A stretch of DNA of 63,957 nt, the filler included, from Choristocarpus tenellus KU-1152 (taxonomy: Eukaryota > Protista > Phaeophyceae), in NCBI GenBank assembly GCA_964200185.2. It is 11 parts of 11 records of this genome, joined end to end, with 100 filler letters (N's around TTAATTAATTAA, not from the genome) between each part and the next. Parts side by side here need not be neighbours in the genome. Positions count along the whole stretch, not along the records: positions 52,028 to 61,322 come from CAXNAD020003804.1; positions 61,423 to 63,957 come from CAXNAD020026975.1; 9 more parts are not named here. One strand, written 5' to 3'. This document shows, piece after piece, positions 53,715 to 63,957 of the stretch (position 1 is its first letter; each line of letters opens with the position of its first letter). Below the pieces are notes generated by a model, which was given only the letters and a program-made list of their open reading frames with translations, had not been told where the DNA came from and searched no databases. Made by a program: the position numbers and the translations under genes.

Positions 53715-53966
53715 TCTCAGGGTTAGGGTACTAGTTTTGCCCTGCTTGTCCATTTGGGGCTTGGCTTCCCATGTTTATTTTTATGATATTTGTCTACTCC
53801 AAAATGTTTCGGAGTAGGCAAAACGTGTATGTTACGAAAAGGTGTCCGGAACAAGGATGTTGACACTTCCGACAAACACATAGCCCAAAATTACATCAAA
53901 ATTGCAACATTGGATGATTTTGACCTCGAAATGGACACAGCTCTACCCTCTAAGATACATTGGCTC
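53715..53966 (+). mobile_element. MITE family A copy with an altered left TIR
   Basis: atctcagggttagggtactagttttgccctg ... taccctctaagatacattggctc. Confidence 0.8.
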
Positions 53967-56176
53967 ACAACAACAAAAAACACTACACTACGTACACACG
54001 GGAACTGAAAGCGGGATCGATCGTTATTGCGATTCTATCGATTTTTTTTTTTTGACGGGATCGATCAGTTTGTCCATTTGTCCGGGTTTTTTTTTTTTGG
54101 GGGGGGGGCACAGAGGCGGAAGCAGATAGTACTTCAGAGGTTTTTACTGAAAACAGTATCTCGATTGTAGAACAGAAAAAATCGTCTTTTTTTTCTTCAT
54201 GTAACTGTTGAAACCGTTACTCACGGGTATCTCGGGTGAAATACGTATTTTCTTACAATATATATATACATATAAACTGTGTCTCTGAACCGCTTTGTTC
54301 ACGCCTCCCGGGATTGAAGGGGAAAGGCGTGCGTACGACTTCATTCAAGAGTAAAAAAAAAAAAAAATGGAGAATCTAAATCTGTAAAAATAAAACGCGA
54401 GACCGAAGAACACCCAAATAAATTAAAAATAATAAAATATGTACGTGACTTGCGGCGGCGAGTGAAAAAAATAAAATTGGACACGTTACAGATTAATAAT
54501 AATCACTTCACCAAACACACACGCACACACACACACACACACATGTTAAAATGTACTTCCTGGGCAGAAGAGTAAATCAAAAATTAAATATGGCAACAAT
54601 TTATATACTCCTGAAATACAAAAAAATCAAAACGTTCCTCGCGACTACAAACTTGGGTTAAAAAAAAAAGGTTACTGCACAACCTCCCCCCCCCAAAAAA
54701 AACAACAACAAAACAAACAGCACGACTTGATCAAAAATCAAAAATCAAGAAGGCGAGGCACACACACACACACAGCTCGAACAACCCCTCGAAATGTAAG
54801 ACAAGTAACCCTAACACTAAACCTAACCCAATAATCTGCAAAATAACAGTGACAAAATGCTGCACTGAGAAATGTGAAAGCTTGTGCCGTGGTGTGTTCA
54901 CAAACATCTTGCTCATCACACACACACACAAACACACAAACACACATACACACATACATACGTATGAATTTTTGCACTTCGAAAAATGAAAATACAAAAG
55001 AGTAAGTGAATCTTCATATCTGCGTATGAATAAAATTAATGAACATGTCTCAATCAGGTCACAGCTGGAAACATATGAATAAATAATCTCTATTTTCGCA
55101 CATTGTCTACAAGTAAGCAACCTGACATGGAAATCAAAAATTAAACCCTCACGCATCACATTCTCTGAAATCGAGTAACAGACTTTGATACCTTTTTTTT
55201 TTAGTTTTTAAGTGGTTCTATTGTCTTCAGAATATTGCGATACCAGTAAATCAACCGCAAATATACAAATATACAAATAGAGCCAGCCCAAAGAACTTTA
55301 CAAAAAAAAGGTACAACTAGGGAAGGAACACAAGGACGTCGGACAACTGTTTTTGATAACTGCACCCGCTCGTATTGCTCGCTGTACCAGAACACTAAAA
55401 ACGTAACTGTACTGCAACACTGATATTGGATCAACACTGAAAAACATAGGTCTATAATAATACAAATATATACAGATTGTATACGCAAAGAATTTGTGTG
55501 TACTTCATTATTTAACTCACATTTTGTACTATCACTGTTGGGACGTAAGGTTTCCATATAAAGGCATTCCCTACAGGTATGGAAGTGCACACATAACCTG
55601 CATCTCATGATCATGCAGCCATACTGGGCAACTGATGTTGTTGTATAACATGCGCTAATAACCTACCATAAAGATTATGAGTGAAACTTCTGCAATGAAG
55701 TTAGGATGGGACAACACATAGTTTGACGAAAACTCTTCCAAAATATGTTATAAAAGAGGCAACAAACCTATCCACCTCCATCTTGGATGCCTTCGATAAC
55801 TCCCCGAGGTTGGTGGTAACGTAATTTGGCATTTTACAATGCACTTGGGGAGACAGGCAAGAGAGTGATTTGTGCTACCGAAGATCAAGAAATGTAGGAA
55901 ACTGCACAGGAGGCGTTTCCTGAGTGAACAGAAAAATCGTTGAAATTGCCAAAGGAGTTTATTTGAGGTGGGATATCATGCCTACTAGGTTGACTTTCTT
56001 CAATGGAAAGGTTAACATCGGCAGAGTTGGCCAATCTCTAAAGGAGTGTTATCCTTTTTCGCAATCTCTTGTCGGTTCCAAAATGCATAAACTCTAATAT
56101 TCTAGGTATGAAAATTATAACGTCGGGTGGAAGAGACCCACCAGGAAAACGAGGTCTCCACTCAACCTTGCCTCAC

Positions 56177-56512
56177 CTCGAGGGTCTCCCACCGCAACTC
56201 GTTGGCCAGTTGCTTCAGCTCCCCCATTGTGAATCGCTTCATGTCGGAAGGACTCCTCACGGAGTCTAGCAGTGGCTTTGATGCAGGTCCAAAGTACCTC
56301 TCCCCACCCGCCTCTCCTCCATCAGCAGCATTCATCTCACACCTGCTTCTCCTCAGCCCCGACCTCAATGACTGCCCAGGAGTATTCATGGGAACTGTGC
56401 CCATTTGCGCTCTAAGCCCTGTACCCGGCGCTAGTGTCGGAGTCATGAAAGAAGATACCGTCGCAGCCAGAGTGACCCCCCCCATGGCGAGGGTGGATAC
56501 CCCCCGCACCAT
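56177..56512 (-). CDS. DXS: 1-deoxy-D-xylulose-5-phosphate synthase, first exon only (plastid-targeted)
   Basis: Bipartite presequence (VSS-FM) followed by PLLDSVRSPSDMKRFTMGELKQLANELRWETLE and a GTGAGG donor, the typical DXS N-terminus. The next (GGHLG) exon was not found in this contig. Confidence 0.88.
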
Positions 56513-57038
56513 GATTGGAAGGGGAGAGAATCACTACCTGCACGATGTGCAACGGAGCAGCCCTTCTTGGCAGAAATGGTCGTACCAGAGCTAGTTGCAC
56601 AGAGGCAGACGCCGAGAGATTACGTGAGAAGCATGCAATCTATTCTAGGTGGACAAAAGAGAACAATGAGATCACCAGGACAGGGATATGGGGAACGAAG
56701 GCAAAGTGCCCTATATGTGTTACGCGTTACTAGGTCTATTCATGCTCATCAATTGACTCATGTTGATTCTGAATACACCAAATCGATAGCAAATTTACCT
56801 GATATGATTAACTCCAAAAGTACTCTAATATATGTATGTGATAAGCATTGTCTAAAAAGATACCTATTATGTTATCGACTTTTTGCAAAGATATCATTGT
56901 TCAAGTAGGGATACAATTATAACAATGCAGGAACGCCACAGAGTTTCTATATGTACGCAGGTGATGTCTTTCCTTGACCATCCATGTTGCCTCCTATCAC
57001 AGTGGTAGGGATTTGGCGGTCCTTCCAAGGGGTGTATC

Positions 57039-58555
57039 ATGGGTAAGGTTATCCGTGGGCAGAGGAAGGGTAAGGGGAGTATCTTCACTTCCCACACGAG
57101 GCTCCGCAAGGGCCCTGTTAAGTTCCGTAAGTATGACTTTGCGGAGAGGACAGGGTACATCAAGGGTATCGTGAAGGACATCATCCACGAACCTGGAAGG
57201 GGTGCTCCCCTGGCCAAGGTCCAGTTCCAGAACCCTTACAAGTTCAAGCGTGACAATGAGCTCATCGTGGCTGCTGAGGGGATGTACTCTGGGCAGTTCA
57301 TCTACTGCGGCAAGAAGGGTGCGCAAAGTTGACCACGACTAACAGGAGGGATTATTAAGTGGCTACTGAAGATGACCTTTACAGCTTGGCGATTTGATGG
57401 GTGGTTCCCGATAACAACCACTTCGCCTGGGTGTACTCTTGCTGGCGTGCAGGACCCCTTCGCACGGCGATAAAACGAGCTGCAGTACTGTTTCGACAGA
57501 CTGTCTTGTCTCATCTTGATGGGTGGCGCCCGAAAACAGCTTGTATTGGCCATGGTCACGTCTTCCTTCGTTCTTGCTTTACTTACAGTTTTGGGTCGTT
57601 AATTAGTATGTGGTGCCTACTGTTCTGTTGTCGATTCAAAATAGATCATTGGACAAGTCGGTATCTCGTGTTGGGGATAGAGTGGTGTTTTTTTTCTTGA
57701 GTGGGTGGTATTTACCCGTGTACGCTGTCCGTCCTTGGCTTCCCCATCTAAAATCACCGCACATCTCCTTCTTTTACTTTTTCTCCCGCCCTTTTTGACT
57801 CCACCTCGCCAGCAACCCTTACTATCGGGAATATCCTTCCACTCGGCTCCATGCCCGAGGGATCCGTCTGCTGCAGCATCGAGGCCAAGGTGGGTGACCG
57901 TGGCACCTTCGCGCGCTGCTCCGGTGATTATGCCGTGGTTATCTCGCATGATGAAGACAAGGGAACCACAAAGGTCCGTCTGCCATCTGGTTCTAAAAAG
58001 ACTCTACGTACTGAGTGCCGCGCCATGGTGGGAATTGTGGCAGGTGGTGGTCGTACGGATAAGCCCATGCTCAAGGCCGGGCGTGCATTCCACAAGTAAG
58101 ATCATCCAACAGTTACGAAATAAGGGTTTAGTGAGGTAAAAAGGAACGTGAGGTTCGAGTTTGTAAACTCTTGTTTACTTTCTGCTCATCTAATTGAACA
58201 GGAATGATATTTCTTGTGAATAATATTTACTTTGTAGAGGGTCCAGTGGAAGCACACTCCTGTTTTAGTGTGAACTACTCAATCTTTCGCCATAACCCTA
58301 CCTCATGTACTCCGTACAAACCCTCATCTTGACATTTACAGATACCGTGTTAAGCGCAACGAGTGGCCGCACGTACGTGGTGTGGCAATGAATCCTGTGG
58401 AGCACCCCTTCGGTGGTGGTAACCACCAGCACATTGGGCACCCCTCCACCGCGAACCGTCTTGCCTCGGCTGGTCAAAAGGTTGGGCTCATCGCCGCCCG
58501 CCGTACTGGTCGCCTGCGCGGTATCAAGAAGGTGGTGGACAAGGAGGACAAGTAG
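57039..58555 (+). CDS. RPL8: 60S ribosomal protein L8 (uL2) (exons 57039-57318, 57813-58095, 58342-58555)
   Basis: [16 protein letters not shown]...[12 protein letters not shown]...; RCSGDYA; [22 protein letters not shown]|[32 protein letters not shown]...[14 protein letters not shown]. Confidence 0.98.
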
Positions 58556-59721
58556 AGACCAGCGAGAGTGAACTGTTGGTTTGATCTCCTTTCCTTCGTA
58601 GAAGGGTTCTTGCTGCTGTGATAAAGTGTTCATGGTGTGGGTAGGAAGGTGGGCCGGGAGAGGCCAATCTCCTAAGGGTGCAGACACTCTCCCTGTACCT
58701 TGTACCTGCCCAGATGGATGAATGGAAGTCATGCCTTATCTTTGCACCATTATTTAGGGTTTTGTTCAGAGTTGTCCTGCTAGCCACTGGACCATTCTAA
58801 TAAACAATGAATCCTCAATGAGTACTCACTATTAAGAATCGCCAGCCATACTTTTCAAACAAGACCAGCACCTTTGTGCAAACAGAGTGCATACTACATT
58901 GCCTCTGCTAATTCTAAATTCCAGTGTTTGGTTTTAAAATTTCTCCTGTCTTTAGACTTTTGAATGTTCTCAATATTGAGGTTTTAACCGAGAGTTTATG
59001 CCTTCCAAATGGTAGATACTTCACGAAATATTCATGCTATCATTGAAAACGAACATTATACATTTGTGTGCACCAAACTATTTGTATATAAACCAACCAA
59101 ATGGAAATCTGAGGGAACACTCAAAACTTTCAAATGAGCACGGAGGGATTGTGAAAAGTTCAATGTATTGAGATGCGCAATCATAACCGAAATATTTTTG
59201 GTTATTTAGTCCTCTAGGTGTCCACTATAAGAGATAACGCTTCAGTGATAAGGAGGTCATAAAAGAGTAATGCCCAAATTTATTGCCTCCGGTGAAGCCC
59301 GTCGCCAGTCGGTTGGTCCTTTCTTCAGGGGAGTAAGCGCTATGTCGGTTGTTAATAGTTGCATCAAATTACTCACTATAAATTTGGGTGACTTGATTTG
59401 TTCATTGTAAAATCTTTCAGCTCACAACACCATTGTGGATAACATGTATCTGAATATCAAGTTTGTACATAGGGAATACTGGAGCCGAACTTTCTATTGA
59501 GTATTATGTTTTTACAGTCAATTTGTCCTTTGACAATGGAGTGATGTGATAGTGTACAGTGCCACAAGGCAGAGAGGAGCTTTGATGATGGCCAGGAACC
59601 ATGAGTGGAGTGTTTGAAATGTTTCCCCAAGTAATCTTTGGTAGTAACTTCGTTGACTACTTTGTAGTTGGATGATAACAAAGTATTTCATCCACTCCCA
59701 TGTAAAAACTCACTCATACCA

Positions 59722-60170
59722 GGTAAAAATATTATGTAATTCACTGCCTCAAAGAGAAGAAGGGATACAAAAGACAGATTGAACCGATAAAATACATTTC
59801 TAGAGGTCCTGTGTGTGTCTTCCTCGAGGAGGTTGCTGTTTCTCGCTATAAACCTGTCTGATTGTGCAGATAAATATCAAGAGCTGTCATTGTAGCAATG
59901 AAGAGGCAAATATCTTCACCATTGATGGATTGTTCGCCCCTCCCGCCTTACCCCAAGTAGGTCCAAGGTGATTCTTGTAGGGAAGATAGGAGGGTTTGTT
60001 GGAGATAGGTGCTAGGGATAGACAGAGACACCACTGGTGGAGCTGCAAATACATCTATTGGTTCCTGTGTGTCTCTGTGCTGTTCTTGTAGAAATAATGT
60101 TGGGTACTGGGTTCCATCACATCTCCACCAGTAATTGCCGCGTGGGGTCAATGCAGGAAGGCCGATCGAT
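59722..60170 (-). CDS. Two putative exons of a hypothetical gene (60170-59952 and 59853 to about 59722)
   Basis: AG...GTAAGG-bounded exon SIGLPALTPRGNYWWR...SPWTYLG joins in frame to FIARNSNLLEEDTHR... No family recognised. Confidence 0.35.
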
Positions 60171-60603
60171 CTATGGGGACAACTAATATTGTGTATTTTT
60201 GGCTGTCAATTCTTTGATGACGCTAAATGTTGAGCAGTTGAGTCAGATGCACATTATCAGTAACACATCTAATATGAATTAGAATTATATTTCTCTTTGA
60301 AATTTAGTTCGTACACCGGAGTATCATTCAATGTACCAGTATCCAGTATTGAAGTACGTACGATACGCTATTATTGAAGATTACCCCATACAAGACAAAA
60401 TAGCCTTGTCATAGCTGTGACACGTCCACCAACTCCTTACATAGATAGGGCGCACGAACCGTGTGAGTAGTGTGCTTTGCCCAAGTCTCAGTATTTCTAG
60501 TTTCGCAACCCTTTCGTTGTTAGCTACTCAAAATAGTCAGGGGATATGTATGACTGGATGGGTGGGTATGCTACATTCCTGCTTCTCCAACACTTACTTA
60601 CCA

Positions 60604-60720
60604 GGGTCAAAGTATCTTGGGGGGGTGGTGGTGGCTATCCGCTTGGGACCCATTTTTCCATGTCGCGATTTTTGGTCGATTTGGTTGCATGCGTCTGATG
60701 GAAAACGATTTTATATGCCC
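60604..60720 (+). mobile_element. Terminus of TIR repeat family B
   Basis: gggtcaaagtatcttggggggtggtggtggctatcc...catgtcgcgatttttggtcgatttggttgcatgc. Confidence 0.7.
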
Positions 60721-60967
60721 CCATGTATCTAGCTTAGCATTCTTGTGCTCAGGAATAATGGAAAAGTATAAGGTCGTTGATTTGTGTCATGTTTTTATTA
60801 TTATGCCCTGTGACACTTTGTAGATGTGTCAACGAAAAAACTACTGAAAACTGTTCAAATGTCAGAAAAATCCCGAAGGAAGCAACAGTTACCATAATAA
60901 ATGTGAAAAATAATCTATTTGCTATTTTACTATGTTGTGCCTCTGTCTTCCTGTGTCTTTAACCTAC

Positions 60968-61251
60968 CTATTCCTGCACCCCAGGGTGAGGGCCTAGGGA
61001 GGCATCCCAAGAATCTAACAAGTCCCTCCTTTCCCATCTCCCTGGTGACTCCAGCTTTAAACGCAAGACACGTCTAGACAGGGCCACCTGCGTTGCTACA
61101 GAGACTGTTTGTCGTAAGCGGGATTTGACCGCCCCTTTCCTGCCATAGCCTCTAGTTCCTCTCCCCCCTACCGCGTGCATAGTTAGCTCATCCAGGAAAC
61201 ATTCCACTTGCTTGCCGGGGCACCCAAAACTTTCCACCGCCAAGGTATTGA
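60968..61251 (-). mobile_element. C-terminus of a CRE-like (RLE-type) non-LTR retrotransposon ORF
   Basis: TLAVESFGCPGKQVECFLDEL...RKGAVKSRLRQTVSVATQVALSRRV matches the P.A.ES.G..G..A..FL and R.RQ.ISV..Q tail of RLE-type elements. It is cut by a family B terminus. Confidence 0.7.
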
Positions 61252-61322
61252 GGCTCAAAGTATCTGGGAGGGGGTGGCGGCTGTCCATTTGGAGTCAATT
61301 TTTTCATGTCGCGATTTTTGGG
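61252..61322 (+). mobile_element. Terminus of TIR repeat family B inserted in the LINE remnant, running into the contig end
   Basis: ggctcaaagtatctgggagggggtggcggctgtccatttggagtcaattttttcatgtcgcgatttttggg. Confidence 0.75.
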
Positions 61323-62072
61323 NNNNNNNNNNNNNNNNNNNNNNNNNNNNNNNNNNNNNNNNNNNNTTAATTAATTAANNNNNNNNNNNNNNNNNNNNNN
61401 NNNNNNNNNNNNNNNNNNNNNNGGAGAGGGGGGGAAGGGGAGTAAGATTTTTTTTTTTTAATTAAAGTAACTGTGAGAGTGCACACACGCCTGTTTTTTA
61501 ATCCAGTACTGACGTTTCACAGGACCCTACCGTCTGTTCTCGGAATTTTACTCCAAATTTGAAACAAATACAAGGAATCCCTCGATTCTTTCTTCAATAT
61601 TTCAAAGGCGTTTGTGTAATCTCCCCCCCCCCCCTCCCAAACAAATACCTCTCCATTTTTTTCGTTTCTTTTTTTTTCTCTCCCACGCTCAACACTCAAT
61701 TGCACGAACAATATACAGTACAATAAAACAAAATAAATAAATAAATACTAAAAAAATAAAATAAATAATAATGACACCGTCGAGCCGAACAAAAAAAAGA
61801 TACTATCATTTTTTTTTAAAATATATATGTATATATACATACATACACAAACAACGCCTCATCAAACAATCGTACTCCTCATCAAATATAATTCAATAAA
61901 AAAAAAAAGAAAACGAGGCGTAACCGACAACAACAACTCCGATCGACAGAAACAACTAAAATAAATAAGAAAAAAAAACTCTCTACACAATACTTCATAC
62001 CTGCCACATGCACATGCACACACACACACACAAACAACAAAAACAAGGAAGCAAAAAACCCCTAACCCTCAC

Positions 62073-62178
62073 GCTGATTCTTGCTCTTCGGCAGAAACGA
62101 TTGCATCCGGTGCACCTCCATCTCTGCCTGGTTCTGCTTCCTAAGCGCTACCTGAAGCTCATCTGTCAGAGCGTTCAC
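62073..62178 (-). CDS. Isolated coiled-coil exon of an unknown gene
   Basis: cag|VNALTDELQVALRKQNQAEMEVHRMQSFLPKSKNQ|gtgagg, a GC-richer island in AT-rich intron-like DNA. Confidence 0.45.
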
Positions 62179-62646
62179 CTGATATATATACATATATATT
62201 ATATATATATATAGAGAGAGAGAGACCACAGGTTGTGTGTGTTTTTTGTTTTTTATTACATTAAAAACGCCTTCCATTTGCGGTCGACACAAGAGTATCG
62301 TATCAAACCTTTTTCTTTTTTTTTCCCATTTTCTGATGAAAATTTCCAATAATATTGTGAAGAAATATATATAGCACCCAGTCAGTGGTGTGTGTAATGT
62401 TGTAATGTAATGAGGCGTGTTGGAACCATCCTGTGCGTCTTCGAATCAAACACACATAGTCGGTATGCACAGTCACCAAAGAATGCCATCACACACACTA
62501 CAAAATCTAGTTTCCCTTGGATCTTTTTACCCCGGAGGACTAAACACCCAAAGAGTGGGAAGAGGGGAAAGACGAACCAGACGATCCCCCTTCAAATTTA
62601 AATTGATAAAAGAGGTACGCCTGACACAGCATAAAACCCCACCGGC

Positions 62647-62878
62647 AGAAATATATTAGAAAAAACCCCCATAAAATCCTATTAACAAAACCAATAAATT
62701 AACACATAGATAAACCTACACAGAAATATATTAGAAAAAAACCCCATAAAATCTTATTAACAAAACCAATAAATCAACACATAGATAAACCAACACAGAA
62801 ATATATTAGAAAAAACAACATAAAACTCATATCAACAAAAACAATAAATCAACACATAGATAAACCTACACAGAAATA
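62647..62878. repeat. ~75-bp tandem repeat, 3 copies
   Basis: agaaatatattagaaaaaa...ataaaa...aacaaaaccaataaat.aacacatagataaacc.acac repeated three times. Confidence 0.88.
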
Positions 62879-63896
62879 AATAAATGAATATAAATTACTA
62901 TCTAATACAATAAATTGTAACTAATGAATGAATATAAATTACCATCTAAAACAAATAAATTGTAAACTAATTTACAGGGGGGAAAAAAGCTCTTAATTTT
63001 CATGTAATGAAATTTTATTCAACACAACCTCCTGCACGGCAAGAGGTAAAGTCCATAGAATTTGAAGTGCAATACATGGCAGTAGGCCATGCGCCTGTGT
63101 GTCAAACGTATAATTTTTTATTAAAAAAAAATCGAGTAGAAAAAAAAACAAGGTTTCAGAAAATAATTGTAAATTTCTATCGATAAAAAAATAAAACAAA
63201 AGATGGCCCACGTATACTACATCATACTACTGCAAAATTTCATCTAGATCAAAACAAATAAAAAAACAGATAGCAACCAGCAAGACCCCAACTAGCCCCT
63301 GGCCCCCTGCCTTCCAGTGTTTTAAGAGATAGGTGTAGGGTTCCATCAGCAGTACAGCATGACTCCTCCACCACTACAATAGCACAGCAAATCAACAGCA
63401 GTAATGATTTTATATGAATATATATAAACCCTCTGTCCCAAAAGTCTGTGCCTTTACGTATGTACCTCTTCGGGATGAACTCCGATTAAAAAAAAACAAA
63501 CGGATTCTTGTGTTGGATTCATCAAAAAATGTTACGTAAGACGACTTCCATTTGAAAAAATATATATGTCCCGAAATTGTTCTGAAAATATGGAACGGAG
63601 GTAAAGGCAGGCATAAGCCAACAAGAAGGAACTGAATTGTTTTATTTTGTATTTTGACTGAAACCGAGAAAAGATACTACAATAAAAAAAACCCCATCAA
63701 ACATCAACCATCAACCATCAAGGAATCCAACGCAAAAATCCGTTCTGAAAAAATCGGAGGTCATCCCAAAGAGGTACACACATAAAGGAACAGACTTACA
63801 TGGGACAGAGGGGGTATATATATAAATAAAAATTAATATACACACCGGGATTAGCTTACACCATCGGTACAATTTACCTCATACCATCATAACAAT

Positions 63897-63938
<42 letters not shown>

Positions 63939-63957
63939 ACCCCCCCCAACCCCCACC

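Noticed and set aside
56894-58787. Long antisense ORFs over RPL8, and likewise over the SET and DXS exons
   Set aside because: They are shadow frames of codon-biased sense genes.
16920-61422. Recurring palindrome TTAATTAATTAA spaced every few kb, resembling a regular array or recombination site
   Set aside because: It is always centred in identical N padding and stops all six frames, so it is an assembly linker. ORFs ending in XXXLIN are artefacts.
53140-62878. Tandem repeats as possible CRISPR arrays
   Set aside because: The units are contiguous with no unique spacers, there are no cas genes and the context is eukaryotic.

Overview
Eukaryotic, intron-rich DNA from a photosynthetic stramenopile, most likely a brown alga or close relative. 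Evidence: GT-AG introns, bipartite plastid presequences on PGR5 and DXS, and CCCTAA telomere-type repeats. The window is not one locus. It is about 11 short contigs joined by an artificial N44-TTAATTAATTAA-N44 linker, so adjacency across linkers means nothing. Host genes spliced by hand: RPL8 (uL2), PGR5, DPH4/DNAJC24, an LSMT-like SET-domain protein, DXS (exon 1 only), a DUF1640 (CCDC90/MCUR1-like) gene, a PUB-domain gene and several hypothetical gene fragments. Repeats include Copia, Gypsy, CRE-like non-LTR and DD39D mariner remnants, plus minisatellites. Three results stand out. (1) A spliced gene at about 20.3-22.5 kb whose exons join into a beta-class N6A/N4C DNA methyltransferase-like fold with degenerate catalytic motifs; it is invisible in the ORF track. 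(2) An abundant ~260-bp MITE family with GAG...CTC termini and 4-bp TSDs (Sola-like), plus a second family sharing its terminal motif. (3) A bacterial IS5-type transposase fragment straddling a small gap at about 13 kb. All family assignments are from motif recognition by eye; no searches were run.
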